Program-made: the position numbers and the translations under genes | DNA from: Callorhinchus milii | Lineage: Eukaryota | Reading direction: 5' to 3' | Length of the DNA stretch: 64,000 bases | Assembly (NCBI RefSeq): GCF_018977255.1 | Contig: NW_024704742.1 | Span: forward strand, 48,176,001-48,240,000 | In this document: one piece after another, positions 51,591 to 64,000 of the stretch | Numbering within the stretch: the first letter of the stretch is position 1 | How the letters are laid out: each line of letters opens with the position of its first letter | Notes under the pieces: generated by a model | The model's input: the letters and a program-made list of their open reading frames with translations, nothing else | Database searches by the model: none | Told to the model about the DNA's origin: nothing

Positions 51591-52059
51591 ATATATTTTC
51601 AGTGAAATGTAATGATTGCATAGTTATAGGTGAACACAGAAGCCAATTTGCACAGCAAAGTCCCACAAACAGTTATGAACAACTATTGATAGCTGGATAG
51701 GTGGATTGATAGCTGGGACAAACTCCTTTATTTTTTAAATGGTGCTGTGAGACTCTTATGGTCCACCTGAACAGGCAGTTTAATGTCTCATCCAAAGGAC
51801 AGCACCTCCAAAAATGCAGTGCTCCCCTGGCACTGTTTTGGAATAACAACAATTTGCATTTATATTGCGGCCTTCACATAGAGTCAACCCATCCTAGACT
51901 GCGTGAGTTCTAAGACCTGAAGTGGGGTTTGAATCCCAAACGTTCTGACTCAGAGGTGAGAGAGTGTTACAAAATAAGCCAGGCTGAAACCTGCAAAAAA
52001 CATTATCATGTCACTTAGACAAGCTTCCCAATGGACTTGTAGCTAAAAACCACTAGACC

Positions 52060-52440
52060 CTACAAATTGGAAGGTTTAAGGTTCAAATCCCAGTCTCAAA
52101 TTAGATGATTTCAGCAGGGGCAGCAGTTGGGGCATGACAAATGGTTTAGGGAAGGGGGAAAGTCAGCTCAGGTTCCTGATCACTATCCAGAGACTCTTGC
52201 TTCTCGATGCACATATGTAAACATCAGATAAGAACAGGATTGACAACAATGACCAGTCGAATAACTTGCCGACACTTACTGTTGTCAAAGTTCACACAAG
52301 AATCATTGCTGCTTTGGTGAGGTTTCAGAGTGTGAAATAGTGCTTGTGGAATTAGAACCGGTAGAAGGGACAAAAGGAGTCCAAGGCTTCAGGAGAGGCG
52401 GTGAATGAGGGAGAGAAAATTTGAGGAGCAAAACGTGTGG
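52060..52440 (+). mobile_element. Ancient tRNA-type SINE (AmnSINE2-like by recall); other copies at ~34720-35040(-), 45560-45740(+), 59950-60180(+), 60290-60520(-), 62560-62790(-)
   Basis: Shared motif tagggaggg(g)aaa.tcag...gttcc..tgatc.ctatccag.gac.c.tgc across diverged copies. The family name is unverified. Confidence 0.6.
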
Positions 52441-53025
52441 AGAAAGACAATAAAGCAGCATATGGAGGATGTTGAACTGAGTTTCAGCAGTTTCAAGAAG
52501 GGTACAGTACTATATAATAGTGACAATAGCCCTCTAATATATACATTATGTGTATGAAATGCAGTATGTGATGTGATAATTATTAGCAGTGACCATTAAC
52601 ACCTCACATAATAGATTTTATACCATTTTATGTGCACAACATGCAATCCAAGGCCTGCATTCAAGAGACCAAAATAGCATAAGATATTCTTACTCCCTGT
52701 AGTCACTGTGATCTGGGTCTATTTTAGCTGGTTAAAATTCTACATTGATGTTGTTGAATGTGTATACGTTTTTCTGTGAAATTAAAGATCCAGTAGTTTT
52801 TTTTTATATGAATCTTTTTCCCTAACTATATTATTCCCATTCGAAATATTGAAAATTTATTATTCGACCATTATTTTTAAGCACCAAGCCTACTTATATA
52901 TAATGCCACATGGTATGGGATCCTTTTCTTCAGCATTGTCAATCTAATAACCCACTTAACCAAGATGCCAATTCTAATCACTTTATTCCTGTGGGTTCCA
53001 CCATTTAAGCTTCATAAATCAGATA

Positions 53026-53358
53026 ATAATCCTTGCATTTGATATAGTGCCTTATCAAGATATACTGTAAAGTGAATTGACTGTATAATTTATAGGTGAA
53101 ACGCAGTAGCCAATTGTGCACAGCAGTGTCCCACAAACAGTCGTGAATTTAGTGACCAAATTATTATTTTTTTTGAAGGCATTATTACCAGTGGTAAAAG
53201 CGATCCGCTTGTTAACCAACAACCGGGTTCCTACTTACTGCAAGGTGAACAGAGGCATTTGGAATAAGGAAACTTGGCCAATATTTGGTCCTGTCAGGAA
53301 TCGAACCCGGGTCATCTTGCTTGCGAGGCGAGCGCTCTAACCACTAAGCTACAGAACT
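53026..53358 (-). mobile_element. Long-subfamily SINE with a 27-bp flanking duplication
   Basis: Head at 53358, tail at 53026; flanks 52999-53025 and 53359-53385 match at 24/27. Confidence 0.9.
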
Positions 53359-54919
53359 CACCATTTAAGCCCCACAAATCAGATATACTGGAACCCCAAT
53401 ATCATTCAGCATTGTTTCATCCTATTGACTCCACATTCCAGTATTCCCATTCCAGTAACTCATACATAAAATTCAATTTATCACCAGTTTACCCTTTAAC
53501 TTCATCAATCTGATAAAACAGAGTGACATGACTATTGTCATAATCCATCTTTCCTAATTCAAGATTTGGAAATATTGAATGCATGGGTGGCAATTGGTGT
53601 AACTAGCCGGTACATGGTGTGCCAGCTGTTTTACACGCTGAAAGAACAATTGACTGATATCTGGATTGGCAGATCACTGCAACATCACTTCACGTTTTTT
53701 GCGCATGCAAAAGCAGGAAGCGATATTTGCAGCAAGCATACAAACCAGAAGTTGGCCTTTGTTTTTACAGCACAGCAACCTAAAATGGTTGACTTCCTGG
53801 TCAATAGGCTGCCACTGACATTATTTCCTGTTATACGCTTGAGTATCAAAGCAGGAAGTGACACTGATGATGACCTAATGATTCAGGTATTGGCCATTTT
53901 AGTGCGAAAAGTCAACCCGAACATGGCAAACAAGTGGGCAAGTTAGTCACATGCGCAATGAATGGGGAGCACAGTACAACTGTGTTTTAAGCGAATTGTG
54001 AAATGCATTATAACGGGGCTGTAGCAGGGCTGCACTGAAACTGGCTTTGTAAACTGTAAGAATTATATTCAGATGATGGTCAGCAGTTATATTTGTATAA
54101 ATTCTCACAAAACACTTTTTTTTGCACACAACAAAGATGTTTTGGGGAAGGAAAAGCTGGATAAATTCATAGAAAAAACATTCAAAAAAATCACAACAAT
54201 GTTAAACAATTATTAAACCTTTTCAGTTAGTTGTTACACATCTATAAAAGCCAGCAACTCTTTCCAGTTGACAGTTGACCTCACCTTTAATGAGAAGCTT
54301 GCACCAAGGAAACCTAAGGCAACATTAGGTTACTGATTAACCAGATGTACCAGTGTCTGACTTGTACAAATCAGTCTTCTCAGGGCCTGAATGTGGCAAC
54401 ATGGCAAGTCAAACAACTGTCCTATCTGCAAATTCTGCACAATACCCCTACAAAGTGGAGCAATATGTTATGATACCCTCCACCCTAACTCTCCCTCTTC
54501 CCTTGCTCAATCTCTCCCTTACTCCCTCCCTTACTCCGTCCCTCCCTCGTTTCTTCCCCTGAACTTTGGAGCAAGGATAGACTTTTGGAGTTAGATAAAG
54601 AAATTAAGCTATCCAATTTACTGCTGGGGAGAGTTGCTCATTGACGTCCCACCGGGGTTAATAATTTAAAGCAAAAAAATGGTGTAGCAAACCTCATTTT
54701 ATGATACAATACCCTATTAACCCTTTCTTTTACATCATTTCGAGCTTTCATTTGAAATACTCTTTGTTGACTTTATGTTGGATTTAAATTGAATGCTGCA
54801 CCTGAAGGCGGATTTGTTAATTCCTACAAATCATAATTGTTCAATTATGGTTTTATCTATTCACCCAACACACAGATCTATCTGATGCGATAAGTCTTCA
54901 TTATAAATCCTTACCTTAC

Positions 54920-54990
54920 CTAAAGACGACAACGTCTGCAAATCTTATCCAAACATTATCATTATTATGCAAAATGTTATCATAATAGTA
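54920..54990 (-). other. Candidate non-coding 5'UTR exon of RBM47
   Basis: Near-consensus donor TAG|GTAAGG at 54919. Acceptor ctttttcag| at 54991 (an alternative acceptor tttacacag lies near 55075). Non-repetitive sequence. No transcript evidence is available. Confidence 0.35.
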
Positions 54991-56599
54991 CTGAAAAAGT
55001 CATTAAGGAAACAGTGCACATAAAATCCTAAAGAATTTTGGTAAATCCTCTGAAACACTTGCATCTGAAATACCTGTGTAAATCACAAGATCGGTTTGGT
55101 TGAAGAAGACCTTCGGCCCATTTAATCTCATGCTTTCACTGTACCCACATTATATAGCATCAAGCAGTTTTTTTTTAAAAGAGTGCAACATTCTGGCCTC
55201 AACCAACTTTCCTGGTGATCTGTTCCAGCCTTAATTGCCTTCTGGATAATGAAAATTTCCTGTTCTGGAATTACCCTTTGCAACTCTAAGCCTATGTCCT
55301 CTTGCTCTACTGTCACTGTCTCTATTGTTTCGTGTTTACTATTTCAATCCGTTTTGAATACCTCTATGAGGTCTCCTCTGAGATGACTCCTTGTAGACTC
55401 AATACTGAAGAGCCCTAACTTGTCTAATTGTTGCTAATAGTTCATTCCTCTGACACTGGGGTAAACAGCTACTTCTTCAACTGTCACTTGCTGTTTGTAT
55501 TAAAATAACGTACCAAGCTTACTGCATGTAGCCACCTGCCTTTACTGTATTTAGGTTATGGATTCCAATTTATTCTGATCTGTATCTTATACCTTAAAAC
55601 TATTAACTCTTCTGCAAGGCAAACTAAACAGCCACACACACACCCTTTCCTTCAACATCCCATCTCAGCTTCTTTAACTGAGCAGCTTCTTTGCACAATA
55701 AAAATGGTTTCATTTTCCATTAACTTTGGAAAGACTTGACATTGTAGACAAATGACTGGCACACAGAAATTAACCCCAGAGTGTTCTACCTCAATTTTCT
55801 TCAAAAATGCTACGTTATTTTTTGAAAAAGTTAAATCTGCTGTACCTTCGGTTCCCTGTATTCCTTGGTTTTCAAGTTAGTCTGAGGGAGGACTGACACT
55901 TTGGTCAAAGAGCACTTTCTTCCAGATCATGAGAACTGTGCAACACTGCACTTATGCCTCTTTATTGGTCAATAATCCTTGGCTATTTAAATTCCTGAGA
56001 AGTCATTTGCTGAGGGCATTAGGGGAAAGCTTTGGTGGGTGGGGCAGGTGTAGAACAACCTGCTGCTACAGATTCATAATCAGTTTGAAAATTAATGGCA
56101 ACCCAACTGTAACGAATGGATTTGAGGACGTCAAATCAAACCGTGAGAAGCGAAAGGGGGGAGCAATGAAGCCTTGACATTTCCAACAAAGATGAGATTT
56201 TTTTTAAAGGAGCGTTTTGGTGAACACGTCAATGATGGGAGAATTAATAATATACAAATGGCCTCTCCCTGCATTGTGCAAACTAACATTTGGTAGGAAT
56301 CCAATAAGATAACCAACAAAAAATAAATTAAATGTTTATGATCTGTTCGTGAAATCTCCTTTTTCTACTTCTATCCTCATTTACAGACTATTTCTCTCCT
56401 ATCTCCATTATGTTTTCTCAGCGCTCTCTGCTGTAGGTCTCCACACGATTGCTCTGTGAGCTCCCACACAACAATTAAGATGCTGCGATGAAAATAATTC
56501 TTGTGGTGAAGGAACAAGCTTATCTGAGTACTATGTGCAGTTTGACTAACAAGTAGAGTGGTTGGAAAACAAACTGCTCTAATTTTGTAAACTAAATTC

Positions 56600-57095
56600 T
56601 TCCACGTACTTGGACATGTATGAGGATGACCACCAATTCTATCTCTCTGCCCCACCCTTGATTCCAGGACCGGTTTACTTGCCTCTTCCCTTCATAGGCT
56701 ACAGACTATCCAGAACTCTGTATCTCGTGTCCTTTCCCACAATGGGCTCTGTGTGGCCAGGATTGGGTGGAGCCTATCACTCCATCCTGGCCTCACTCCA
56801 CTGTCTCCCCATCCCCCAGCAGATCAAGTTTAAGATCCTCATCCTAACCTTTAAATCTCTCCGTGGTTTTTTGCCCCAACCTACCTCTTTAAGGTCCGCC
56901 TCAAGACCTTTGACCATGCTTTCGATCTTTTTCTCCCCCTTAACGCCCTCAGCCCTAACCCTTAGCTCGGTTGCAAACCCTGAACTGTCCATCGCGCCTT
57001 TGGATGTCCTCCCAGATTCTATCAGGAGCTGGATAGATGTTAGGTGAACCAAGCAATACAAGACTCTATAGAAATATAAATTTGTATTGTATTGA
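56600..57095 (+). mobile_element. Degenerate L2 fragments with an interrupted tail
   Basis: MYEDDHQFYLS (from YADDTQLY) and LHCLPIPQQIKFKIL; L2 tail. Confidence 0.75.
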
Positions 57096-60000
57096 ATAGT
57101 GTGGTGGACTGGGAGAGCAGAAAAGCTGATTCATGACAGTAAAAACAGTCTGTACAACAGTGACAGTAAACTGGGCCCCAGCAGCACTTAGCCAAAGCAA
57201 ACAGCACACCTTTTTAGGCAGCCAAGAGCCCAATCAGACCCAAGACACTGCTGCACATTGTTTGGGATATAACTCACAATGTGTCCAGGAGTCCTTGTCA
57301 GTTCAACGGGCAGCAAAAAAAAAAGGCAACCACGCTAGAAATGATTCATTATTAGTGCTTGCAACCTTAAACAAACAAGGCATACACATCTGATTGGCTA
57401 TTACCTGGAAGCTTTTGATTGTGCTTTTATATAATGTAAAGATGAAATACATTTTTGCCAAGGTGTTTCATCATAGTTAAATCGTGACAAATAATTAAAG
57501 ATTAATAAGACAATAGATGAGAAGGGGGAAGGTGAACAGATAGTCCAGATCAACTATTTGCACAACAGAGTGGGGAATACAGTACATGGAAAAGGCAGTT
57601 CACCGAAGGCAATCAGTGTCAGCAGATTCTAACAGGAGCTGGATAGATGTTAGGTGAACCAAGCAATACAAGTCTGTAAGGGATACTCTGTGAAGCTTGA
57701 TAACAGCCATAGAGACAGTGATGGTCTTTTCTGGTGCTGTACTTGTTATTTATCTACTTCCCAATATGAATTCATGGGGGAGGAGCAAAGAAATGTAATA
57801 CAGGAAAACTCGCATTATTCTGATCTGTATAAATTGTATAATCGCCTAAATCGTACATCTGCTCAAGACCCTTTTCAGAATTTATATTCTATGCAAGTTT
57901 GAGAAAACTCATACTTTGCATAAGTCATATTAAATATATGGTCCCAAGTGATGTTCTCCTGATGTTTACTGTATTACCATTGGTAAATTCTCCGACCCCC
58001 CCTTCACTCACCCCATTTTTGTGAAAAGCATCCCTTGATGCTTTAACAAAATTGGTGTACAATATACTCATGTTCACAAAAATGTAATCACATGTTTGTT
58101 TCAGCTCTGGGTTTGGCAGACTTTTCCCAGTGCTATATATATGCTGAGATTATATAGAGATCATAGTAACCAGATGTGATGGAGATTCCTTTTAAGGGCC
58201 TTATCCTAAACACTCCAAGGCCAGCACTGTTGGAACCCCAAAATATCTAACACCCGTTGAAGAGATGGAGGGAAATGGACTTGCCCTTCAGATCTTCTGG
58301 ACAAGCCATTGGGCAGCTATGGCTGCATTGGACAACCGTAGCCAAAAGCAAGTCCCTCACAGCAAGCTCAATCATAATCAAACCTCTCCTTTGCCCACTT
58401 GACTTTCGTATGGGAAAAGCCTTTCGGCCTGGCCATCAGTGGACGTATGATGGAGGAATCCAGCCATGTGGTACTATATAGCCTGCTTCAGTTGTGATTC
58501 AGCTGTGCCACAAAGGTAAGATATATCATGTTCACAGCTGAAGCAAGAAACATTCCTAAAGAATTGGGGTTGAATTCACCTCCCCTCAAATTCTGTCAAT
58601 GGGTGAGAATTCCAATCATAGTTTCCTTTCCTGGAGTTAATACCAGTGGTCTGTCAATATTAAATCCTTCCCTTTCCTATCTGGTCAGCTACTTTTAACC
58701 TACTCAGAAGACTGGTTGGGTGGGTGGGAGAGAAGAGGTGGCCAAGACAGAGAGTTGAATAATCAGTTTTTTTCTTCTTCTCCTGCTAAGGTAGTATCAA
58801 TGGAACAAACCGTCTCCATTCATTTTTAGCTGCATTGCAAAGACTTTGAGCACAGGCGCCTGTAAAATTCTGAACTTCAGTCTTAATTAGAACTACCAAA
58901 AATCAGCTTTGAAATGAAGACAGAATTGTATAGAAATTTCCACAATTTTGCACAATGATAATCCTAGCATTTTAAGACTAAATGGTCTTACGACTAAGAC
59001 TACGTGAAACTTTGGGCCTCTGGAAGGAACTTTAACACAAAATGATGCCACTATAGATTGTGTTGCCATGATGCATTGAAGCTAATACTGCTCTTCAGCA
59101 CAATAAGGCTCTATTACCAGTGAGTCACAGCACCACAAAAAGGACACACAAAACAAGCCCCCTCAGCGTCTCATACAACAAAAGCAACAACAATGGTAAT
59201 GAGCTGCAAAATATGTAAAGCATTTCATGGTTGTTTGAATTAGTTTATTATTGATTTAGTCCAGCATGAAAAAATATTTACTTATAATACTATGAATGCA
59301 CTTAACAAATGGATTAATTTGCCTGCGAGTTAAACACAGCCTTTCTTTGGAATATGTTAATAGTTTTTCCTAATAATTTGGTCAGTTCGCATTGGTTAAA
59401 GGTGATAAGGGCAGATACTTTTCCCCCAAGTGATTTATTTTATTCTTGTCTTTTTCATGCTATATTCTCTCGCTGGTCCAAGGGCAGACTGCAGAGTAGG
59501 TGTCTCTCTTCTAACATTCGGACTCTCTGAGCAGCGGGACAGAGGGATAGAAGCATAGCAACAATAGTAGGCTATTCAATTTGTTGAGCCTGTTCCACCC
59601 TTAACAATACAGCAACAGTTTAATTTGATCTTCCTGCCTTTCCTCCATATGTGTGAATATCCTTAACTGCCAATTATCTATCGATCTCTTGAAAAACTCA
59701 ATTGGCTTTCTGAGGCATTTGTTCCATATCCTCATGACACTTTGTGTAAAGAGAGGAGCCCAAATGTGACTCGGCCTCCAATTTTCCACATCCTCTTCGT
59801 GGGTAGTACATCACAGCACAAGAGCTTTACCCCAAAACATGTTCAAAACTCTTAAGGCTACAAATATTTTTTACATATATTTGGTGCTTCCAAAATATCT
59901 TAACAGGTGCATGATTTTCTAACAAGTCCAGCCATTTCTGAATTTAGACAAGGGAGGGGAAAATTAGTCAGGGTTCCCATTCCTGTTCGCCATCCAGTAA

Positions 60001-63000
60001 CCCGCTACTAGAAATTGCATTGTGTTAATGTAGGGTAACGACACAATCAAACTCGATAGTAAGGCTTCAATGGATGAATAACTTAGCAAGCCTCATACAT
60101 GGTCACTTTGGGTAGAGATACCAGCACCTGTGGAACTATAACTACTCCAGGAAGATCTTGTGTGTTCAGGAGTGGACAGGAGAACATTGTACATATTTTG
60201 CAGAAGTTTTGCAACCTTAAAGTATTTTAGCACATTGATGCCATTTCATAACTTTGCTCTTGCTAGTAAACCATAGCCACCGTTTACGTGTGAGTGTAGG
60301 CAGAGAATGTCATTGAGCAATTGGATTAATGTTAAGAGCAATTCAGTCCACATTCAATGCTACCCACATATCACCAGCAGGAGTCTCTGGAGAGTGATCA
60401 GCAATGGTTACTGTATCTGATTTTGTTTCACCCCTTGGCCCAGAAATAACTCCAGTGGCGTGGCACTGGTATCCCTGAACCTGCTTATATCAACAAACTC
60501 AGCCAGGCTGACCTCGGGGGCACTAGACAAATCCTTAAAAAGAGTTAGCTTATAGAGGTATAAGGAAGAGGCAGGTAAATTGGATTGAAAGGATTACTCT
60601 TGATTGCTCTTGATGGAGCCAGCACTGATATGGTGCTGAATACTTTTCTCCTCTGCCATAAATTTCCATGGTTCTATGGGTCATAAAACCTCCTGATCCT
60701 GACTGTCTGTATGATCATGTGGGGCATTAAGCCACCAAGAGCTGCACCAAACATTTAATAATGATCCTTACATTCAAAATAGCTCCTTATCATGTTGTTG
60801 AGACGTCTCAAAGTGTTTCACACGATATAATTATTGTATATTTGTAGGCAAATGTGGCAGCCAATTTGCGCACAGCAATTGTTACACCACAAACAGCCAA
60901 TGTTATCTGGAGCATTGTTGGCCAGGACACTGGGAGAAACTTGTTTCTCTTTTTGAACAGTGCTATGGCATCTTTAACGTCCCCCTGAACAGACAGAAGG
61001 GAGCTTGTTTTAATGTCTCATCCAAACGACAATGTACAAATAGTACTATCAGTACACTAAAGGAATGTGTCTTTGTGAAAACATCTTGGGCAAACTTTTT
61101 TTGTAGATTAACATACAATCCACTGCCAGGGGGTAAATCACATTGAAACCCATTGTCTGCACATGTTGCCACCAAAATGAATATAAAATGAGGTAGGGCT
61201 TGTCCAGCTCCTCCTCCTTCCTCCAGCAAAACAAGCTTTGCTAAATTGTGTTTTAAATGGTTCGTTGCCTCTTGGGCCCTTTAAATATGACTCTGTTAAT
61301 CTACTCAGACACTTGGAATTGCACAGACAGCCAATGATAAATCAGAGAGAAAATCAGCTTCCCTGTGGGTCCGGTATTCATTCAGCATCAGTATAGAGCA
61401 ATTATTAATAGCGTCTTTTCAAAAAAAATTATCTCTGAACTCACAGAGCTCATTGACCCCCAGTGAGACACTATGATGGAAGGAAGTGGAGATTCTGCCA
61501 TGTGACTGATCAGCCATTGCCAGTTGCTGATGGGAGCCCCTTTTTGCGGGCTGACTTGTGCTGTGAAGGTCAGCCTCTGTTTAAAGTGGCTCATTTATTA
61601 AAGCAGGCGTGGTTGTTTTGAGAGCACGGGAGAGGGGGTGCGGGATATGGGACTTGAAACTTTGTCATGTTGCTGCAGTACAATGAAGATCTCAGTCTAC
61701 TTTTCATTAAAAAAAACAAGATTCACCATTTAAGGGTGCAAAATAGTACATAAACCAAATTTTTTTTCCTGTTATTCCTCGAAAGGATTGTTCCAAACCA
61801 TGATGGAATCACAAAATGGTTAAGGCATTTAAGCGCTCCGAGACACCACCCGGCATGAAGAGTGCTATATAAATGTAAGTTGTTGTCGCTGTTGTAGCAA
61901 GAGGCCATTCAGTCTGATATCTGTGCTGTTAGCTCCTCCCTGGAAACATCTGCTGTACTGTAATCCCATCTCTTGCTCAGTTCCCAACCCTATTAACAGT
62001 CTTTAGCCACTTTCTTTTTAAATGCTGTTTTGTATTTGGCTTCACCATATTCAGCCATTTGTTCCATGATAAATTTTACGATTCTAACAATCTGGGGGGG
62101 AACTGAAAAAAATAATTTAAAAAAGCATTTTAGTAAATTGGATCAACTGTTGACATTCTTAGCCCCAGTTTTCTTCCTTCCTGTAAGGAGACTGATTCAT
62201 ACCTGGATACAGATCCTCTGGCACCAGCCACTAACTCACCCAAGTGAGCGCTCTCCGTGTGTGAGGCCATACCTTTGTTGTTGCACTATTGAACTCACAG
62301 CCAAGCCTGATTCTGTCCTCCCCAGTGAAACCTACATACAGGGGAATCTGTTACAATGCACTGAGTATAGTGCATCCTCGCTTTTAGCAATAGTGTTTGT
62401 TGAATGGAAGTAAGGGAAGTGACATCAGTATGCAATATGTACCATTAGTGGCACTTAGTGCACATAGGCAAATTACAAACAAACCATTTTTGCACTGTGC
62501 TTGTAGCGCAGCCTCTGAGCTATTGGAGCCAGAGGATATAACAGGGTCTCCCTGTATGTACATACTAACAGGCGTCTCTGGATAGTAACCTTGAACTGCT
62601 GGCGGCTGCTGCTGCACTCCCCCTCTCTAACCCAAGGCCATTGAGGCTAATAATGTAGTTTCACCCAAACTGCTGACCCAGATGAGATCAATCAACTAAC
62701 TCAGTACAGATCAAGTTTTGAACCTAAGAGCTTGGTAGTCTGTATGACTCAGCACTTTTTCAGGCAGCAAAGTTACTAAATGAGCTAATGAGAGAAAACA
62801 TCTTTGTAATAACTAGACACTTGCAGCAAACCACACATTGTTCCAGTTGCATCAGGTAAATTCTAAATACTGAAGCAGCATAACAATGTGATAAAAAACA
62901 AGATAATTAAAACATAAAATTGTACTCTTAGTTTATTTGAATAGGTAACTGGGTCTGTTGTCTGGTGATGCAGATGACCAGAATTTCCAAAATGTAACTG

Positions 63001-63644
63001 TGTATCATAGATCTATTTTACATCAAAGGTGCAAAGTGACAATTTACATAGGTAAATTTAGCATTCAAGCCTTGACCTGGGGTAATGCATGGGAAAGAAA
63101 TGTATTTAAATTTGGGCCATTTGATACTATTTCAATATCCTCCCACCTCAACTCTGCATGTTTATATTGACATTGTTTGGGATCAATTCAGTGGCAAACC
63201 CACTTTTGTTGGCCACTTTGCTGTGGTTTTGCTTCAAACTTAATAAATTGCCGTTTCTCAGCCCAATTTAGAATTTAAATGTGCCGAGAGGAGCTTTTTT
63301 CAAATGACAGACGGCCTGGGGTTGGAGCTGTGCCCTCTAAATGGGAGTCCAATGCTCTGCCTCTTTGGCAAGCTGCCAAAGGCAAAGCAGTTGCTAAGTG
63401 AATAATTGTACAACCGAACTTAATCCACAACAGAAAAAGCTAAGACTTGTGCAAGATTTTTTTCATTAAGCCAACAGCAGCCTCTCAACAAACAGGTGAA
63501 GCCTTTTGTAGGGACTGAGTTTGACAAATTTGTGCAACTTTGCAGAAATGAGACCAACGCTATAGAACCCGGACAAAATTGATGCAGTTAAAGCAACATC
63601 TTATGAAAACCAAAGCCTAGGTCCTCATTGTAAAATAAGGTGTC

Positions 63645-64000
63645 AGCCTGGCTAGGTTAGTAACTTCTGAGTCAGAAGTTGTGGGTTCAAACCCCCACAT
63701 TGAGATTTTGTACTCACATAGTCCAGGATAAAAATGTACACTCCAATGCAGTGTTGAGGGGAGGTGCTGAATTTTTGAAGGTGTTGTCCTTCGGGTGAGA
63801 CGCTAAACCTATCTGCTTGTCCAGATGGATATTAAAGATTCCATGACACTATTTGGAAAGAGAGGGAATTTGCCCCAGCGTCCTGACCAACAATCCCCCA
63901 GATAAAATTGTTCATTCACTTCATGGCTATTTGCGGGATTTTGCTGTGCGCAAATTGGCTGCCGCGTTTACTTACAAATACACAGTCAGAAATACAATTT
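63645..64000 (+). mobile_element. Older tRNA-headed DeuSINE (SacSINE1-like); related copies near 100-700, 12960-13300, 20370-20630, 29020-29450, 32090-32450, 48060-48320 and 60760-61160
   Basis: Head ctgagtcagaagttgtgggttcaaacccc and Deu core gctgtgcgcaaattggctgccgcgtt. Copies are more diverged than the young family. Family name is from recall. Confidence 0.75.

Noticed and set aside
53566..53946. 126-aa plus-strand ORF
   Set aside because: TTG start, no domain, no splice context; more likely regulatory or repeat-derived.
1..64000. CRISPR arrays, operons or prokaryotic defence systems
   Set aside because: The sequence is intron-containing vertebrate DNA; the recurrent repeats are dispersed SINE/LINE tails, not regularly spaced arrays.

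Overview
Vertebrate genomic DNA, most likely from a cartilaginous fish. The L2/CR1/Deu-domain SINE repertoire is suggestive of a chimaera or elephant shark; this is inference, not a database match. The one intact gene is RBM47 on the minus strand. It has four coding exons (44044-42928, 39525-39319, 38766-38591, 38073-37825; 582 aa, three RRMs), a probable ~4.9 kb TE-poor 3'UTR ending near an AATAAA at 32903-32908, and upstream intronic sequence up to the window end. The rest is dominated by transposons: a near full-length L2 LINE apparently lacking ORF1 (~5.84-9.54 kb), a near full-length decayed CR1 with an esterase ORF1 (15.5-20.2 kb), many tRNA-Ala-derived Deu-domain SINEs in two subfamilies, older SINEs, and Tigger-, hAT- and Tc1/mariner-type non-autonomous DNA elements. 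The most notable unexplained signals are: a splice-phase-consistent, stop-riddled multi-exon relic at 1-2233 (minus strand); a 5-aa uORF whose stop overlaps the RBM47 start codon; two templated-insertion scars; and the L2/SINE shared tail. I found no convincing new biological system.
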